DNA of 64,000 bases from Chthoniobacteraceae bacterium (GTDB taxonomy: Bacteria > Verrucomicrobiota > Verrucomicrobiia > Chthoniobacterales > Chthoniobacteraceae). Positions 48,172 to 58,618 of this stretch are shown piece after piece. Location: NCBI GenBank assembly GCA_031409655.1, contig JANNXQ010000195.1:57251-121250 (forward strand). The letters are read 5' to 3'. Below the pieces are notes generated by a model. It ran no database searches and was not told the origin of the DNA. It saw only the letters and a program-made list of their open reading frames with translations. The translations under genes were made by a program, and so were the position numbers. Position 1 is the stretch's first letter; each line of letters opens with the position of its first letter.

Positions 48172-50091
48172 CTATTTGTAACTGCGCACGGAAGGTTTCA
48201 CGCTCTCGAAGATCAGTGGCTCGGCGTGACGCTCAGCCTTCACGCCTTCGCCCTTAAACTCCCAAGCGGCTACATGCTGAAAGTGCTCGTCGTCGCGTTT
48301 TGCTTCGCCGTCTGGGTATTGGTACTCTTCTCGGAAGTGGCCGCCGCAAGACTCGCGTCGCTCGAGGGCGTCGAGGCACATGAGTTCCCCAAACTCGAGA
48401 AAGTCAGCCACGCGGCCCGCCTTTTCCAAGGAGACGTTCAAGGATTCGTTTTCGCCTGGGACATTGACATTCTTCCAGAATTCCTCCCGCAACGGCCCGA
48501 TCTGAGCAATCGCCCGTTGGAGGCTTTGTTCGCTGCGGGCCATGCCGCAGTAGTCCCAGACGATGCGTCCGAGCTCGCGGTGAAAGTGATCGACGCTGCG
48601 CTTGCCTTTGATCCCGAGCAGGCGCTGGGTGCGTTCGCGGACGGCAGCTTCGGTTTGCTGAAACTCGGGCCGATTAGTCGAGGGACGTTTGCCGATCTCT
48701 GGAGCGAGGTAGGCACCAATGGTGTTCGGGAGGACGAAGTATCCGTCGGCGAGACCTTGCATCAGGGCACTCGCGCCGAGTCGGTTGGCCCCGTGGTCGC
48801 TGAAGTTGGCCTCGCCCATGACGAAGAGTCCGGGGATCGTGGACATCAGGTTGTAGTCCACCCACAAACCGCCCATGGTGTAATGCACCGCTGGATAGAT
48901 GCGCATCGGCATCTGATAGGCATCTTCGTTGGTGATCTGGTGATACATATCAAAGAGATTGCCGTAGCGTTCTTTGATCGCGGGTTGGCCGAGTCGTTTG
49001 ATGGCGTCGTTAAAGTCGAGATAGACGCCCAGTCCTCCGGGACCGACGCCCCGGCCGTCATCGCACGCTTCCTTTGCCGAACGCGAGGCAATGTCGCGAG
49101 GAGCGAGGTTGCCGAAGCTGGGATACTTTCTTTCGAGGAAGTAATCGCGGTCCGTTTCGGGGATCTCGCCTGGGACGCGGCTGTCGGCTTTCTTCTTGGA
49201 AACCCAGACGCGGCCATCATTGCGCAGCGACTCGGACATGAGGGTGAGTTTTGACTGGTAGTCGCCGCTCACCGGGATGCACGTCGGATGAATCTGCGTG
49301 TAACAAGGATTGGCAAAGAAGGCCCCGCGCTTATGCGCCCGCCAGCCCGCGGTGACGTTGCAGCCTTTCGCGTTGGTCGACAGATAAAAGACATTGCCGT
49401 AACCTCCGGTCGCGAGAGCAACGGCGTCAGCCGCGTATGACTTAATGTCTCCCGTGACCATGTCGCGCACGACGATGCCCTTCGCGTGGCCATCCACGAT
49501 GACGACATCGAGCATCTCGGTGCGGGGAAACATCTCCACTGATCCCTCGGAGATTTGCCGGTTCAGCGCCGAGTAAGCGCCGAGGAGAAGTTGTTGTCCG
49601 GTCTGCCCGCGGGCGTAAAAAGTCCGCGAGACCTGCGCACCGCCGAAGCTGCGATTAGCGAGCAATCCGCCATATTCGCGGGCAAATGGCACCCCCTGCG
49701 CCACGCACTGGTCGATGATCGAAACGCTGACCTCGGCGAGGCGATGCACGTTGGCCTCGCGGGCGCGGAAGTCGCCTCCTTTGATCGTGTCGTAGAAGAG
49801 TCGGTAAACGCTGTCCCCGTCGTTCTGATAATTCTTCGCCGCATTGATGCCGCCCTGCGCCGCGATCGAGTGCGCCCTTCTCGGTGAATCCTGGTAGCAG
49901 AAGCACTTCACCTTATAACCCATTTCGCCGAGCGATGCGGCGGCACTCGCGCCCGCAAGTCCGGAACCCACAACGATAATCTCATACTTCCGCCGATTGG
50001 CGGGACTGATCAGCTTGGAGTTAAACTTGTGGCTCTCCCATTTCTTTTCGAGCGGCCCACTAGGAATCTTGGAATCGAGGGGTGTGATCAT
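48172..50091 (-). CDS. sdhA: Succinate dehydrogenase/fumarate reductase flavoprotein
   Basis: 'VVGSGLAG', '[13 protein letters not shown]', 'HYTMGG', 'HGANRLG', 'ESCGGHFR'. Confidence 0.96.
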   Translation of the reverse strand: MITPLDSKIPSGPLEKKWESHKFNSKLISPANRRKYEIIVVGSGLAGASAAASLGEMGYKVKCFCYQDSPRRAHSIAAQGGINAAKNYQNDGDSVYRLFYDTIKGGDFRAREANVHRLAEVSVSIIDQCVAQGVPFAREYGGLLANRSFGGAQVSRTFYARGQTGQQLLLGAYSALNRQISEGSVEMFPRTEMLDVVIVDGHAKGIVVRDMVTGDIKSYAADAVALATGGYGNVFYLSTNAKGCNVTAGWRAHKRGAFFANPCYTQIHPTCIPVSGDYQSKLTLMSESLRNDGRVWVSKKKADSRVPGEIPETDRDYFLERKYPSFGNLAPRDIASRSAKEACDDGRGVGPGGLGVYLDFNDAIKRLGQPAIKERYGNLFDMYHQITNEDAYQMPMRIYPAVHYTMGGLWVDYNLMSTIPGLFVMGEANFSDHGANRLGASALMQGLADGYFVLPNTIGAYLAPEIGKRPSTNRPEFQQTEAAVRERTQRLLGIKGKRSVDHFHRELGRIVWDYCGMARSEQSLQRAIAQIGPLREEFWKNVNVPGENESLNVSLEKAGRVADFLEFGELMCLDALERRESCGGHFREEYQYPDGEAKRDDEHFQHVAAWEFKGEGVKAERHAEPLIFESVKPSVRSYK

Positions 50092-50768
50092 TAGTGGAGA
50101 TAACCAGTCAACACAGCGACCGGAATGGAGACGTAACCAATGAAAAGCGCCCAAGCCCAGACCGGCGCAAGTTTCTTCCAGAAACCGTTCAGATTCTTGC
50201 TGGTGAGTCCGAGGGTCTGCGGAAAACTGCCGATGCCATGGCTAAGGTGCTGGCAGAGGAGGAACATGCCGACGACGTAGAAGCCCGAGGCCCACTTGTT
50301 TTGGAAGCCAAGGATCATCATCCGGTACACATCGTGCCGACCCTGCGCGTCGTGCAGCGCGGCAAAGGAGGGATCGATGCGGTGCGCGGTGTAGTGCAGC
50401 AGGTGAAAGACGATGAAGCAGACGAGAATCAGGCCGCTGACGATCATCGTGCGGGAGGCCCGGGTGCTCGCGCGGTAGCCAGAAACGGCGTACTTCACCG
50501 GTCGAGCGAGGCGATTTTCCCGAGTGAGCTGGATGGTGAAAACAATGTGCGCGACGACCATCGCCAGCAGCCCAAAGCGGATGACCCAAAGAATCTCACC
50601 AAGGCCTTTTAAAAACGCGGCGTACTTATTGATCGCCTCTGGGCCGAGAAAGATTTGCAGATTGCCGACCATGTGACCGGTGACAAATCCGACGAGGGCC
50701 AGCCCAGTCAGGGCTACGATCCATTTGCGACCGACGGAGGAGGAGAGAAACGAAGCGATGGGATTCAA
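50091..50768 (-). CDS. sdhC: Succinate dehydrogenase cytochrome b subunit
   Basis: '[13 protein letters not shown]', 'HMVGNL', 'FHLLH', 'HLSHG'; upstream of sdhA. Confidence 0.93.
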   Translation of the reverse strand: MNPIASFLSSSVGRKWIVALTGLALVGFVTGHMVGNLQIFLGPEAINKYAAFLKGLGEILWVIRFGLLAMVVAHIVFTIQLTRENRLARPVKYAVSGYRASTRASRTMIVSGLILVCFIVFHLLHYTAHRIDPSFAALHDAQGRHDVYRMMILGFQNKWASGFYVVGMFLLCQHLSHGIGSFPQTLGLTSKNLNGFWKKLAPVWAWALFIGYVSIPVAVLTGYLH

Positions 50769-50795
50769 GGAAGCGCGTGAGAGGTTCGAGGAAGT

Positions 50796-51179
50796 TTACG
50801 TATCGGGAAACTCGGACGGACTCCTGCCAAGGGCGACAATCGAACAGGCGACAATGGCCCGCAGATGCAGGTCCGCCGCCGCTTCGATAAGATCTTCGCT
50901 CTCTGAGCCGGGGTTCAGCCAAAGCTCTTTCGGTTGTTTCTCGGCAATGGCTGGGAGGAGTTGGAGACCCACCGCCGGAGGCACATACAGGCTCACAAAG
51001 TCAATGGTTTGATCTATCGCAGCCAAGGTGTGATACGCGCGCAGTCCCTCGATGGTTGCCTCCTTCGGATTCACCGGGAAGACCGTGTATCCCGAGTCCT
51101 GATACGCGCGGACTGCCTTGTTTCCGTATTTGCGACGGTCGTTGGAAGCGCCTATGACGGCGACGGAGGATTCGGACAT
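50796..51179 (-). CDS. CoA-binding protein
   Basis: 'VAVIGAS.DRRKYG', 'FPVNP', 'LWLNPG'. Confidence 0.9.
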   Translation of the reverse strand: MSESSVAVIGASNDRRKYGNKAVRAYQDSGYTVFPVNPKEATIEGLRAYHTLAAIDQTIDFVSLYVPPAVGLQLLPAIAEKQPKELWLNPGSESEDLIEAAADLHLRAIVACSIVALGRSPSEFPDT

Positions 51180-51266
51180 GTGGGTGACGGCAGGATAGGT
51201 AGATGCCGGTGCGGCGCGGTGGGAAGAAAGAAATCGAACGAATCCCGCAGACTCGCGAGTGCGGCG

Positions 51267-51875
51267 TCACTCGGCCCGATAGTGGACGCTGAGCGTCCGG
51301 AAGATCAGGGCTTCCTGCTTGGCCGAGAAGAAGTTCAGCTCGACGCTGGCACCGTTCTGATTCCATTTCCATTTCACGGCGCGCTGGACGGTTTCGCCTG
51401 CGGGTTCGGTCTTGTCGGCGATGAGTTGCCCTGGCCCGAATTTCTTTTCCAGCCAGACCCGCAGCTCTTCCATGAAGCTGTCGTATTTCGCCTGGTCCCA
51501 GTCATCCTTCTGATACTGCAACTCGACCTCCACCAACGCCCCAGTCCGGAAGAAAAAGACCGCGCGCTTGAGGCCGTTTTTCAGTCCCTCGACATCCCAG
51601 GCGTCACGACCTTCGATCTTGCGGCGCTGGATGATCGTGGCCTTGGCAGCCTTGAGCAGTGTTTCCATCCGCTCCGCCGTCTCGCCCCAGGCGAGGCCAA
51701 AGGGGGGCTTGATCGTCTCGAAGGCGGGGGCGCGGTCGGCGGGAAGGAGAAAAGCACCCGCGAGGATCGGCAGAACTCGGAGTCTGACCCTCGAAAACCG
51801 ACAAAAAGTCCAGAGCCTGAAAATCGTGAAACGAGCGCCGCCAGCGGTCTTCTCCGTATCCCGAGCTTCAATCAT
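51267..51875 (-). CDS. Hypothetical exported protein (start uncertain)
   Basis: 'PPFGLAWGE', 'LVEVELQY', 'WKW'; co-oriented with neighbours. Confidence 0.7.
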   Translation of the reverse strand: MIEARDTEKTAGGARFTIFRLWTFCRFSRVRLRVLPILAGAFLLPADRAPAFETIKPPFGLAWGETAERMETLLKAAKATIIQRRKIEGRDAWDVEGLKNGLKRAVFFFRTGALVEVELQYQKDDWDQAKYDSFMEELRVWLEKKFGPGQLIADKTEPAGETVQRAVKWKWNQNGASVELNFFSAKQEALIFRTLSVHYRAE

Positions 51876-51924
51876 TTGGAAATTGCTTCGCCATGCGGAA
51901 TGCGGATTTCGAGCTTCACCTCGC

Positions 51925-53709
51925 CTAAATCTTCTTGGCCGTGCTCTGGATATACACTTCCCGCAGGAGCTTGAAGTCCACTTCGACCGGCGAGTGCGTC
52001 ATGAGGTCCGTGCCGCGGTTGTTTTTCGGGAAAGCGACCACATCGCGGATGTTGTCGGTGCCGCAGATGAGCATGATCAGGCGATCAAGCCCGAGCGCGA
52101 TGCCGCCATGGGGCGGCGCGCCGAAGCTGAACGCCTTGAGGAGGTGGCCAAATTTCACCTGCTGCTCCTCGGGTGTGACGCCGAGCGCGGCAAATATCCG
52201 CGCCTGCAAATCCCGCTCGTGGATGCGGATCGAACCGCCTCCGAGTTCCACGCCATTGAGTACCACGTCGTAGGCGACGGCGCGCACTTTGCCAAAATCC
52301 CCGGCGTCGAGCAGCAGCACATCGTCCGCCTTTGGACGGGTGAAGGGATGATGCACGGCGACCCAGTGATTGTCCTCGGGCGAGAAGGCGAGCAGCGGAA
52401 AATCGACGACCCAGAGGAAGTTGAGTTCGTCCTTCGTCGCCTCGATCAGACCGAGCAATTCCGCGCAGCGCAGGCGCACGCGACCGAGGACGGCGCAGAC
52501 GGCGTCCAGCTTGAGATCGGCTCCGAAAAAGAGGACGTCGCCTTCCTGAAAATTCAGGCGCGCGGTGATCGCGGCGCGTTCTCCTTCGCTGAAGAATTTC
52601 ACGATCGGCGATTCCCATTCACCGCCCACGCTCCACTTGATGTAGGCGAGCCCCTTCGCGCCGAACTCCGTCTTCACCCACTCCTCCCATTTCTTGAGCT
52701 GTTCCTTGCTCAGCAAGGCGGCGGCGCCTTTCGCGTTCAGCGCCTTGATCACGCCGCCGCCATCGGCCACGGACCGGAACACTTTGAACTGCGACTCGCG
52801 GAAGATGTCCGCCAGTTCGACGAGTTCGAGGCTGAAACGCAGGTCAGGTTTGTCCGAGCCGTAGCGGTTCATCGCGTCCGCATAGGTCATGCGCGGGAAG
52901 GGCGTCGGGATGTCCACGCCGCGGGCTTCGCGGAAAATGCGCGCGAGCATTCCTTCCACGAGCGTCTGGATTTCCACTTCGGTGACGAACGACGCCTCGA
53001 TGTCGATCTGCGTGAACTCCGGCTGGCGGTCCGCGCGTAGATCCTCGTCGCGGAAGCACCGCGCAATTTGGAAATACTTATCGAGCCCCCCGACCTGCAA
53101 GAGCTGCTTGTACTGCTGCGGGGCTTGGGGCAGTGCGTAAAAGGAACCTGGCGTGAGCCGCGACGGGACGAGGAAGTCGCGCGCCCCTTCCGGCGTCGGG
53201 TTTGAGAGGATCGGCGTTTCGATTTCGAGGAAGCCGGCTTCGTCGAGAAAGTCGCGCGTGCTTTTGACCACGCGATGACGCACGCGCAGATTTCGCTGCA
53301 TGGGCGCGGTCCGGAGATCGAGGTAGCGGTATTCGAGCCGCAGATCCTCGTTCACCTTCGGATCATCGAGCGGGAAGGGGGGCACCTCGGCTTTGTTCAG
53401 GACGGAGAGTTCGCTGGCGATGATCTCGACATCGCCAGTGCTGAGCTTGCCGTTCTCCGTGCCGGGGAGCCGCGCGGCGACGAGGCCCACGATGCGGATC
53501 ACGTCCTCACCGCGCAGTCCATGGGATGCTTCGGCGACCTGCGGATGCTCTTCGGGACGGAAGACCACCTGGGTGAGACCTTCGCGATCGCGCAGGTCGA
53601 TGAAGATCACGCCGCCGTGATCGCGCCGCGAATTCACCCAGCCGGCGAGGGTGACGGTCTGGCCGATCTGTTCTTTGCGGAGGCTGTTGCAGTGGGTGGT
53701 GCGGTACAT
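51925..53709 (-). CDS. aspS: Aspartate--tRNA ligase
   Basis: 'RRDHGGVIFIDLRD', 'RYLDLR', 'TPEGARDFLVPSR', 'FRDEDLRADRQPEFTQ', 'PPHGGIALGLDR'. Confidence 0.98.
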   Translation of the reverse strand: MYRTTHCNSLRKEQIGQTVTLAGWVNSRRDHGGVIFIDLRDREGLTQVVFRPEEHPQVAEASHGLRGEDVIRIVGLVAARLPGTENGKLSTGDVEIIASELSVLNKAEVPPFPLDDPKVNEDLRLEYRYLDLRTAPMQRNLRVRHRVVKSTRDFLDEAGFLEIETPILSNPTPEGARDFLVPSRLTPGSFYALPQAPQQYKQLLQVGGLDKYFQIARCFRDEDLRADRQPEFTQIDIEASFVTEVEIQTLVEGMLARIFREARGVDIPTPFPRMTYADAMNRYGSDKPDLRFSLELVELADIFRESQFKVFRSVADGGGVIKALNAKGAAALLSKEQLKKWEEWVKTEFGAKGLAYIKWSVGGEWESPIVKFFSEGERAAITARLNFQEGDVLFFGADLKLDAVCAVLGRVRLRCAELLGLIEATKDELNFLWVVDFPLLAFSPEDNHWVAVHHPFTRPKADDVLLLDAGDFGKVRAVAYDVVLNGVELGGGSIRIHERDLQARIFAALGVTPEEQQVKFGHLLKAFSFGAPPHGGIALGLDRLIMLICGTDNIRDVVAFPKNNRGTDLMTHSPVEVDFKLLREVYIQSTAKKI

Positions 53710-53791
53710 GGCGGGCCGCGGAATGTAGCGGGTATGACGGGCGAGGGGAGAAATTTTTCCAAGGGCTCAGACCATGGCGAAGGGCAATCTT

Positions 53792-53870
53792 TCGACCTCG
53801 ACCTCATCCTCCTACTCGACTCCCTGGAATTGCGGATTCGAGGACGAGGACGAGGACGAGTAGGAATAGG
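53792..53870. repeat. Hexamer inverted tandem repeat (CTCGAC)n ... (GAGGAC)n
   Basis: Read directly in the divergent aspS/hpnH gap. Confidence 0.75.
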
Positions 53871-53939
53871 AGAACGATGGAAGTCCCGCACTTTCCCTTC
53901 CCCTCCCGCTCGCCCGCCATGTAGCGTTCCGTTTGTTCC

Positions 53940-55199
53940 ATGCGTTTTCCACTCGCGCTCACGGCTAAAATCGCCGCCTACATCATCGGAAAAAAGATCC
54001 GCGGGGTGGAGAAATTTGCGACGGTGCTGCAGCTCGAGCCGCTGCATACCTGCAATCTCACCTGCACTGGTTGCGGTCGCATCCGCGAGTACTCCACATC
54101 GATCAAGGACGTCATGCCGCTCGCGGATTGTCTCGGTGCAGCGGCGGAGTGCGATGCGCCGATGATCTCCATCTGCGGAGGCGAGCCGCTCATTTATCCG
54201 CACATCGAGCCGCTCGTCGCCGGACTGCTCGCGCAGCGGCGGATCGTCTATCTTTGCACCAATGCCACGGCAATGCGCCGGAAGATGCGCGACTATCTCG
54301 CCGCGCTCTACCTGCGCCGACGCTGGTCGGTGGAGGAACTCATGCAGGTGCTCGTCTCGGAGGAGTTGATGACGGCGGCCCAGAGGGAGGAAGTCCGCAA
54401 TCCGAAATCTGGAGTACGCGAGACGGTGATCGCCCCCAGCCCGTGGTTCTATTGGAACGTGCATCTCGATGGGCTCGAGGCGACGCATGATCTCATCGTC
54501 GAGCGCGACGGCGTCTTCCGCGAAGCCATCGCCGCCATCCGCATGGCGAAGCTCCTCGGCTATCAGGTCGCCACAAATACCACCGTCTATCGCGAGACCG
54601 ACCCGCAGGAGATCGAGCGCATGTTCATCTTCCTCGGCTCGCTCGGCGTCGATGGTCACACCATCTCGCCCGGCTACGAATACGACGCGGCGAAGCGGGA
54701 CATGGTCGGACGGCTCGGCATTCAGCCAGAGGAGTTTTTCCTGACGCGCGATGCGACCCGGCGGAAGTTTGCGCGGGCCGTCGAGTGGGGGAAAAAGTTC
54801 CCGATCCTCGGCACCCCCGTGTATCTCGAGTTCCTCGCCGGGATGCGCGATCTCACGTGCTCCGCGTGGGCCATCCCCACCCGCAATGTGCGCGGCTGGA
54901 AAGGCCCGTGCTACCTCATCACCGACGGCCACTACCGCACCTACCTTGAGCTGCTCGAACGCACGGATTGGTCGCGGTTCGGCGTCGTCGATGGAGTGGC
55001 GCGCGATCCTCGTTGCGAGAATTGCATGGTCCACTGCGGCTACGAACCCACCGCGAGCCTGGGCCTCCAGGCGCAGCCTGGGGATCTTTGGAAGACGATC
55101 ACGTTCAACTTCGGCGCGCGGCCTGAGCCGCAGTCTGCGGATGGGATCGAGGCGTTCAACGGACGCCACCCCGCGACCACAGAACCCGCCCTGCGTTAA
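53940..55199 (+). CDS. hpnH: Hopanoid radical SAM protein HpnH
   Basis: 'LEPLHTCNLTCTGCGRI', 'GGEPL', 'CTNA', 'SPGY.Y', 'W.IPTRN..GWKGPCYL', 'CENCMVHCGYE'. Confidence 0.88.
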   Translation: MRFPLALTAKIAAYIIGKKIRGVEKFATVLQLEPLHTCNLTCTGCGRIREYSTSIKDVMPLADCLGAAAECDAPMISICGGEPLIYPHIEPLVAGLLAQRRIVYLCTNATAMRRKMRDYLAALYLRRRWSVEELMQVLVSEELMTAAQREEVRNPKSGVRETVIAPSPWFYWNVHLDGLEATHDLIVERDGVFREAIAAIRMAKLLGYQVATNTTVYRETDPQEIERMFIFLGSLGVDGHTISPGYEYDAAKRDMVGRLGIQPEEFFLTRDATRRKFARAVEWGKKFPILGTPVYLEFLAGMRDLTCSAWAIPTRNVRGWKGPCYLITDGHYRTYLELLERTDWSRFGVVDGVARDPRCENCMVHCGYEPTASLGLQAQPGDLWKTITFNFGARPEPQSADGIEAFNGRHPATTEPALR

Positions 55200-55365
55200 C
55201 CGCATTTCCGGGCCAAGGCAGCGCCGCGTCGCAGACGGCGCGCTGGCGGGAGGTCGCTGGATTCAAAAACAACGCGAGGGCGCGTGCCCTGCCGATTTGG
55301 GAATTGCCGGAATAGCCTGGCGGCGGGTAGAAAGTCGCAGTCCCTTCCCCCCCGGAGAACAACCA

Positions 55366-56805
55366 ATGAGCGAAATGAATCCCCCCTGTGGCCACTTGGT
55401 GTTCACCTTAGCCGTCTGCTTACTTCTTGGTGCGGCGGGAGATGCATCGCGTGCTCGTGAGGCAGTCGCTCAGCAATTGCCTGGGCCCACCGGTGCCAGC
55501 AACAGCTCCAATGGGACGCTCGACCCGCTCGCGAGCTTCGTCTGGAGCGGCCTACCGGCCAGCGCGACGATCGATACCTTTGTCACACCGACCGTGACTG
55601 CGAAAGATCAGCAGGGCGCAACACTGACGAGCTATACCGATCCGACCACTCTGGAGATGTGGCTCGGATTCACCCCATTCGCGGTGGGTACCTCGAACGC
55701 CGCCAACACGACCAACCGCATCTACAACACCGCCTTCCACGACTCGCGAGCGACGCTCCTCTACACGGCCAGCGAGCTCGGGCCGGCAAAATGGCTGGGC
55801 GGATTTGTCCTCGCTCTGGGGACGGCCGGTGGGCAGGCGATGTCGAACCTCACCGTCCGCGTGAAACCGACGACGCTCACGACGCTCGATGGCGCGACTT
55901 GGGATGACGCAGGCTGGCAGACGCTCTTCACCACTTCAAGCGGCGCTGCCGCCAACACGAACTATCAATTCACCCAGCCTACCTATCACGATGGCGTTAG
56001 GAATATGTTGGTGGATATCAGCTTCAACAACGCCAGCGCGAACACCGCGGGCACGGTGCGTTCCAGCCCCACCTCCTATACGACCGTGATGAACGGCACA
56101 AGCAACAGCCTGCACGGCAATCCGCTGAACTGGGCCGGCGCGGGTGGCCCCACGCCCCAGTATTCGACCGAGCGGCCCTTCATCGGATTCTATGTCGCAA
56201 AGTCCATCGGTCCCCTGGCCTCCTCTCCAGTGGTTTTTTTGGACGGAACGTGGACGGGGATGGTGTCTTTCCCCGTCACCACATCGGGAGGGGCATGGCT
56301 GCGGGCCGAATCGCCCTCGGGCGTCGTGGGCTTTAGCAGTCGCGTAGGCTTGACCACCACGGTGTCAAACGGCGCCACGGATCTGCTGTTCTCCGATAAC
56401 TTTGAATCGGGAGTCCTCAGTAGCCCCTGGGACACCACCGGCGGCAGCGGTACGTCGCGCGTGGAAGTATCATCGGCCAATGCGCCCCGTGGCGGCTACC
56501 ACCTGCAATTCGACAGCAACACGCCGGGCAGTTCCTTCTCCCGCAGCCAGGCCGCGGTGACGGTGAACTTGGCCAATCGATCGAACGTCAGCGTGTTTTA
56601 TTACGCCAAATCCTTTGCCGAGGAAATTCAATCGGCCCCGGCGCTGCAGCCCTTCGGTGCGAGCGTGAATTTCGATGGCATCGCCATCAGCGCGGACGGC
56701 ACGAACTGGTATCTCGCGCGAAGTCTCGTGGGCTTGTCCTCCGCCTACGGCTCCAACGGCACATTCGTCTCGCTCGACCCGATCATGCAGCAGTATGGCC
56801 TGTAG
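55366..56805 (+). CDS. Large secreted Ser/Thr-rich protein, N-terminal part (stops at in-frame TAG)
   Basis: GGAG RBS, signal peptide, beta-rich domains 'FSDNFESG...W', 'FDGIAISADGTNW'. Confidence 0.8.
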   Translation: MSEMNPPCGHLVFTLAVCLLLGAAGDASRAREAVAQQLPGPTGASNSSNGTLDPLASFVWSGLPASATIDTFVTPTVTAKDQQGATLTSYTDPTTLEMWLGFTPFAVGTSNAANTTNRIYNTAFHDSRATLLYTASELGPAKWLGGFVLALGTAGGQAMSNLTVRVKPTTLTTLDGATWDDAGWQTLFTTSSGAAANTNYQFTQPTYHDGVRNMLVDISFNNASANTAGTVRSSPTSYTTVMNGTSNSLHGNPLNWAGAGGPTPQYSTERPFIGFYVAKSIGPLASSPVVFLDGTWTGMVSFPVTTSGGAWLRAESPSGVVGFSSRVGLTTTVSNGATDLLFSDNFESGVLSSPWDTTGGSGTSRVEVSSANAPRGGYHLQFDSNTPGSSFSRSQAAVTVNLANRSNVSVFYYAKSFAEEIQSAPALQPFGASVNFDGIAISADGTNWYLARSLVGLSSAYGSNGTFVSLDPIMQQYGL

Positions 56806-58578
56806 TACAATTCAGCCTTCCGGATCAAATTCGTGCAATACGACGATCAGGCGATCCCCAACGATGGCCTCGCGATTGATGACGTCACGGTGCGGGCCAA
56901 TGCCGCGACTTCGGTGATCGTCGAGCTTCCCCCGACCCTGCCGGAAGGCAGCGTGAATATTCCCGTAACCGTGCGATTGCCGACGCCAGCGACGGCGGCC
57001 ACCAACATAACCCTCAGTTCGATTGCGCCTGCCCGGCTCGTCGTGCCGACCAGCGCCTCCGTGCCGATCGGCGCCCGTACGGTGGGCATTCTGGTTTCCA
57101 CCCCCGACAACTCCTACTTTGATGGCGGTAAGTCCGTCTATGTCGTTGCCAGTGGGGCCAGCGGTGGTTTCGGCACCAGCGTCACTTACACCCGCATCCT
57201 CGACAATGAGCAGGGCGCGCTCTCTGTAACGCTGCCAGCCTCCGTGACCGAAGGCGGCGCGAATGCGACGGGCACCGTGTCGATGACGCCGCTGCCACTG
57301 AATAACGTGGTCGTCGCGCTCTCGAGCAGCCATCCCGCCGAGGCGACAGTGTCGGCGAGCGTGACGATCAACGCGGGTGCCACGTCTGCAAATTTCGCGG
57401 TGACGCCGGTGAACGACACCCGCATCGACGGCACTCAAGCCGTGACCATCTCCGCCAGTGGCGCAGGCGTGAGCAGCGCCGCGGCGAGCATCGCCGTGCA
57501 GGACAATGAGAGCACCGCGCTGACCCTCACGATCCCCGCCGAAGTGCGGGAAGGCGGCCCCGCGGGAGCTGGCCTCGTCTCCATCGCCGGCACTCTTACC
57601 GCGGATCTCGTCGTGAATCTTTTCTCCGACAACAGCGCCGAAGCGACCGTGCCCGCGACGACGACCATCCTCGCCGGCCAGACTTCCGCGCCATTCGCCA
57701 TCGCCGCGGTGGACGATGCGGTGGCCGATGGCGCACGGGCAGTGAACGTCTCGGCCAACGCCGTGGGCTTCGATCAAAGCATCGCCGCGCTGACCGTGGT
57801 GGACAATGACGCCGCCTCCTTTGCCTGGGCGCCGGTGCCTGTGGCGCAGGTCGATGGCGCGGGCTTTGCCGTCACGCTCACGGCGCGCGATCTCGCGGGC
57901 CAGCCGCAGATTTACTTCAACGGCTCGGCCACCCTCGCCGCGCTGGCGGGCACGACGCCGCTGCCAACGACCCCCGCGACGGCCACGGGTTTCGTCGATG
58001 GCGTTTGGTCGGGCCAGCTCGCCGTCGCTGGCACCGCTGCGTCCGTCGTGCTCACCGCGCAGAGCGGCGCGGCCGCCGGGGTCAGTAATCCTTTCACCCT
58101 CCTGCCCGCCTCCGGCAGCGACCTCGACGCCGACGGCATGGACGACGCCTACGAAGTCGCGAACGGCCTCGACCCCTTTGACAACGGCACCAACGATCCG
58201 TTCCGCGGTCCACTCGGCGACCTCGACGGCGACGGCCTGAAGAACCTGCTCGAATACGCCTTCAATATGGCCGCGAACGCGCCCGACACCACGGGTCTCC
58301 CGACCGTCGCTGCGCTCGTGAATCCCGCCGACAACGAGACTTACCCGGTGCTCACCCATCGGCGCAGGATCGCGCCGGGCGCGCTCTGGTACTCCATCGA
58401 GGCCTCAACCGACGGGTCTGCGTGGTTGGTTCCTGTGCCGGCGCAGATCGAGCAGGTCGGCACAGCAGTGCCAGTCGGCGACGGCATCACGGAGACCGTG
58501 CATTTCCGCCTCAAGCCTTCACTCGACGATTCGTCCGGTCCGCGCTTCCTGCGGTTGAAGGTGAGCGTCGCTCCGTAG
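56806..58578 (+). CDS. In-frame continuation of the same protein: Ig/Calx-beta-like repeats and C-terminal 'NLLEYAF...FLRLK' domain
   Basis: Same frame (56833-56806 = 27 bp); YNSAFRIKFVQYDD...DGLAIDDVTV continues the domain; 'EATVPATTTILAGQTSA' repeats; DxDxDG motifs. Confidence 0.8.
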   Translation, partial: YNSAFRIKFVQYDDQAIPNDGLAIDDVTVRANAATSVIVELPPTLPEGSVNIPVTVRLPTPATAATNITLSSIAPARLVVPTSASVPIGARTVGILVSTPDNSYFDGGKSVYVVASGASGGFGTSVTYTRILDNEQGALSVTLPASVTEGGANATGTVSMTPLPLNNVVVALSSSHPAEATVSASVTINAGATSANFAVTPVNDTRIDGTQAVTISASGAGVSSAAASIAVQDNESTALTLTIPAEVREGGPAGAGLVSIAGTLTADLVVNLFSDNSAEATVPATTTILAGQTSAPFAIAAVDDAVADGARAVNVSANAVGFDQSIAALTVVDNDAASFAWAPVPVAQVDGAGFAVTLTARDLAGQPQIYFNGSATLAALAGTTPLPTTPATATGFVDGVWSGQLAVAGTAASVVLTAQSGAAAGVSNPFTLLPASGSDLDADGMDDAYEVANGLDPFDNGTNDPFRGPLGDLDGDGLKNLLEYAFNMAANAPDTTGLPTVAALVNPADNETYPVLTHRRRIAPGALWYSIEASTDGSAWLVPVPAQIEQVGTAVPVGDGITETVHFRLKPSLDDSSGPRFLRLKVSVAP

Positions 58579-58618
58579 CGGGGCTGGGGCATTTACGGCC
58601 TCCGCGCGCGGCTGGCCA

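Noticed and set aside
54751..55365. Upstream extension of the 55366 surface-protein ORF
   Set aside because: Overlaps hpnH out of frame; RBS and signal peptide point to ATG 55366
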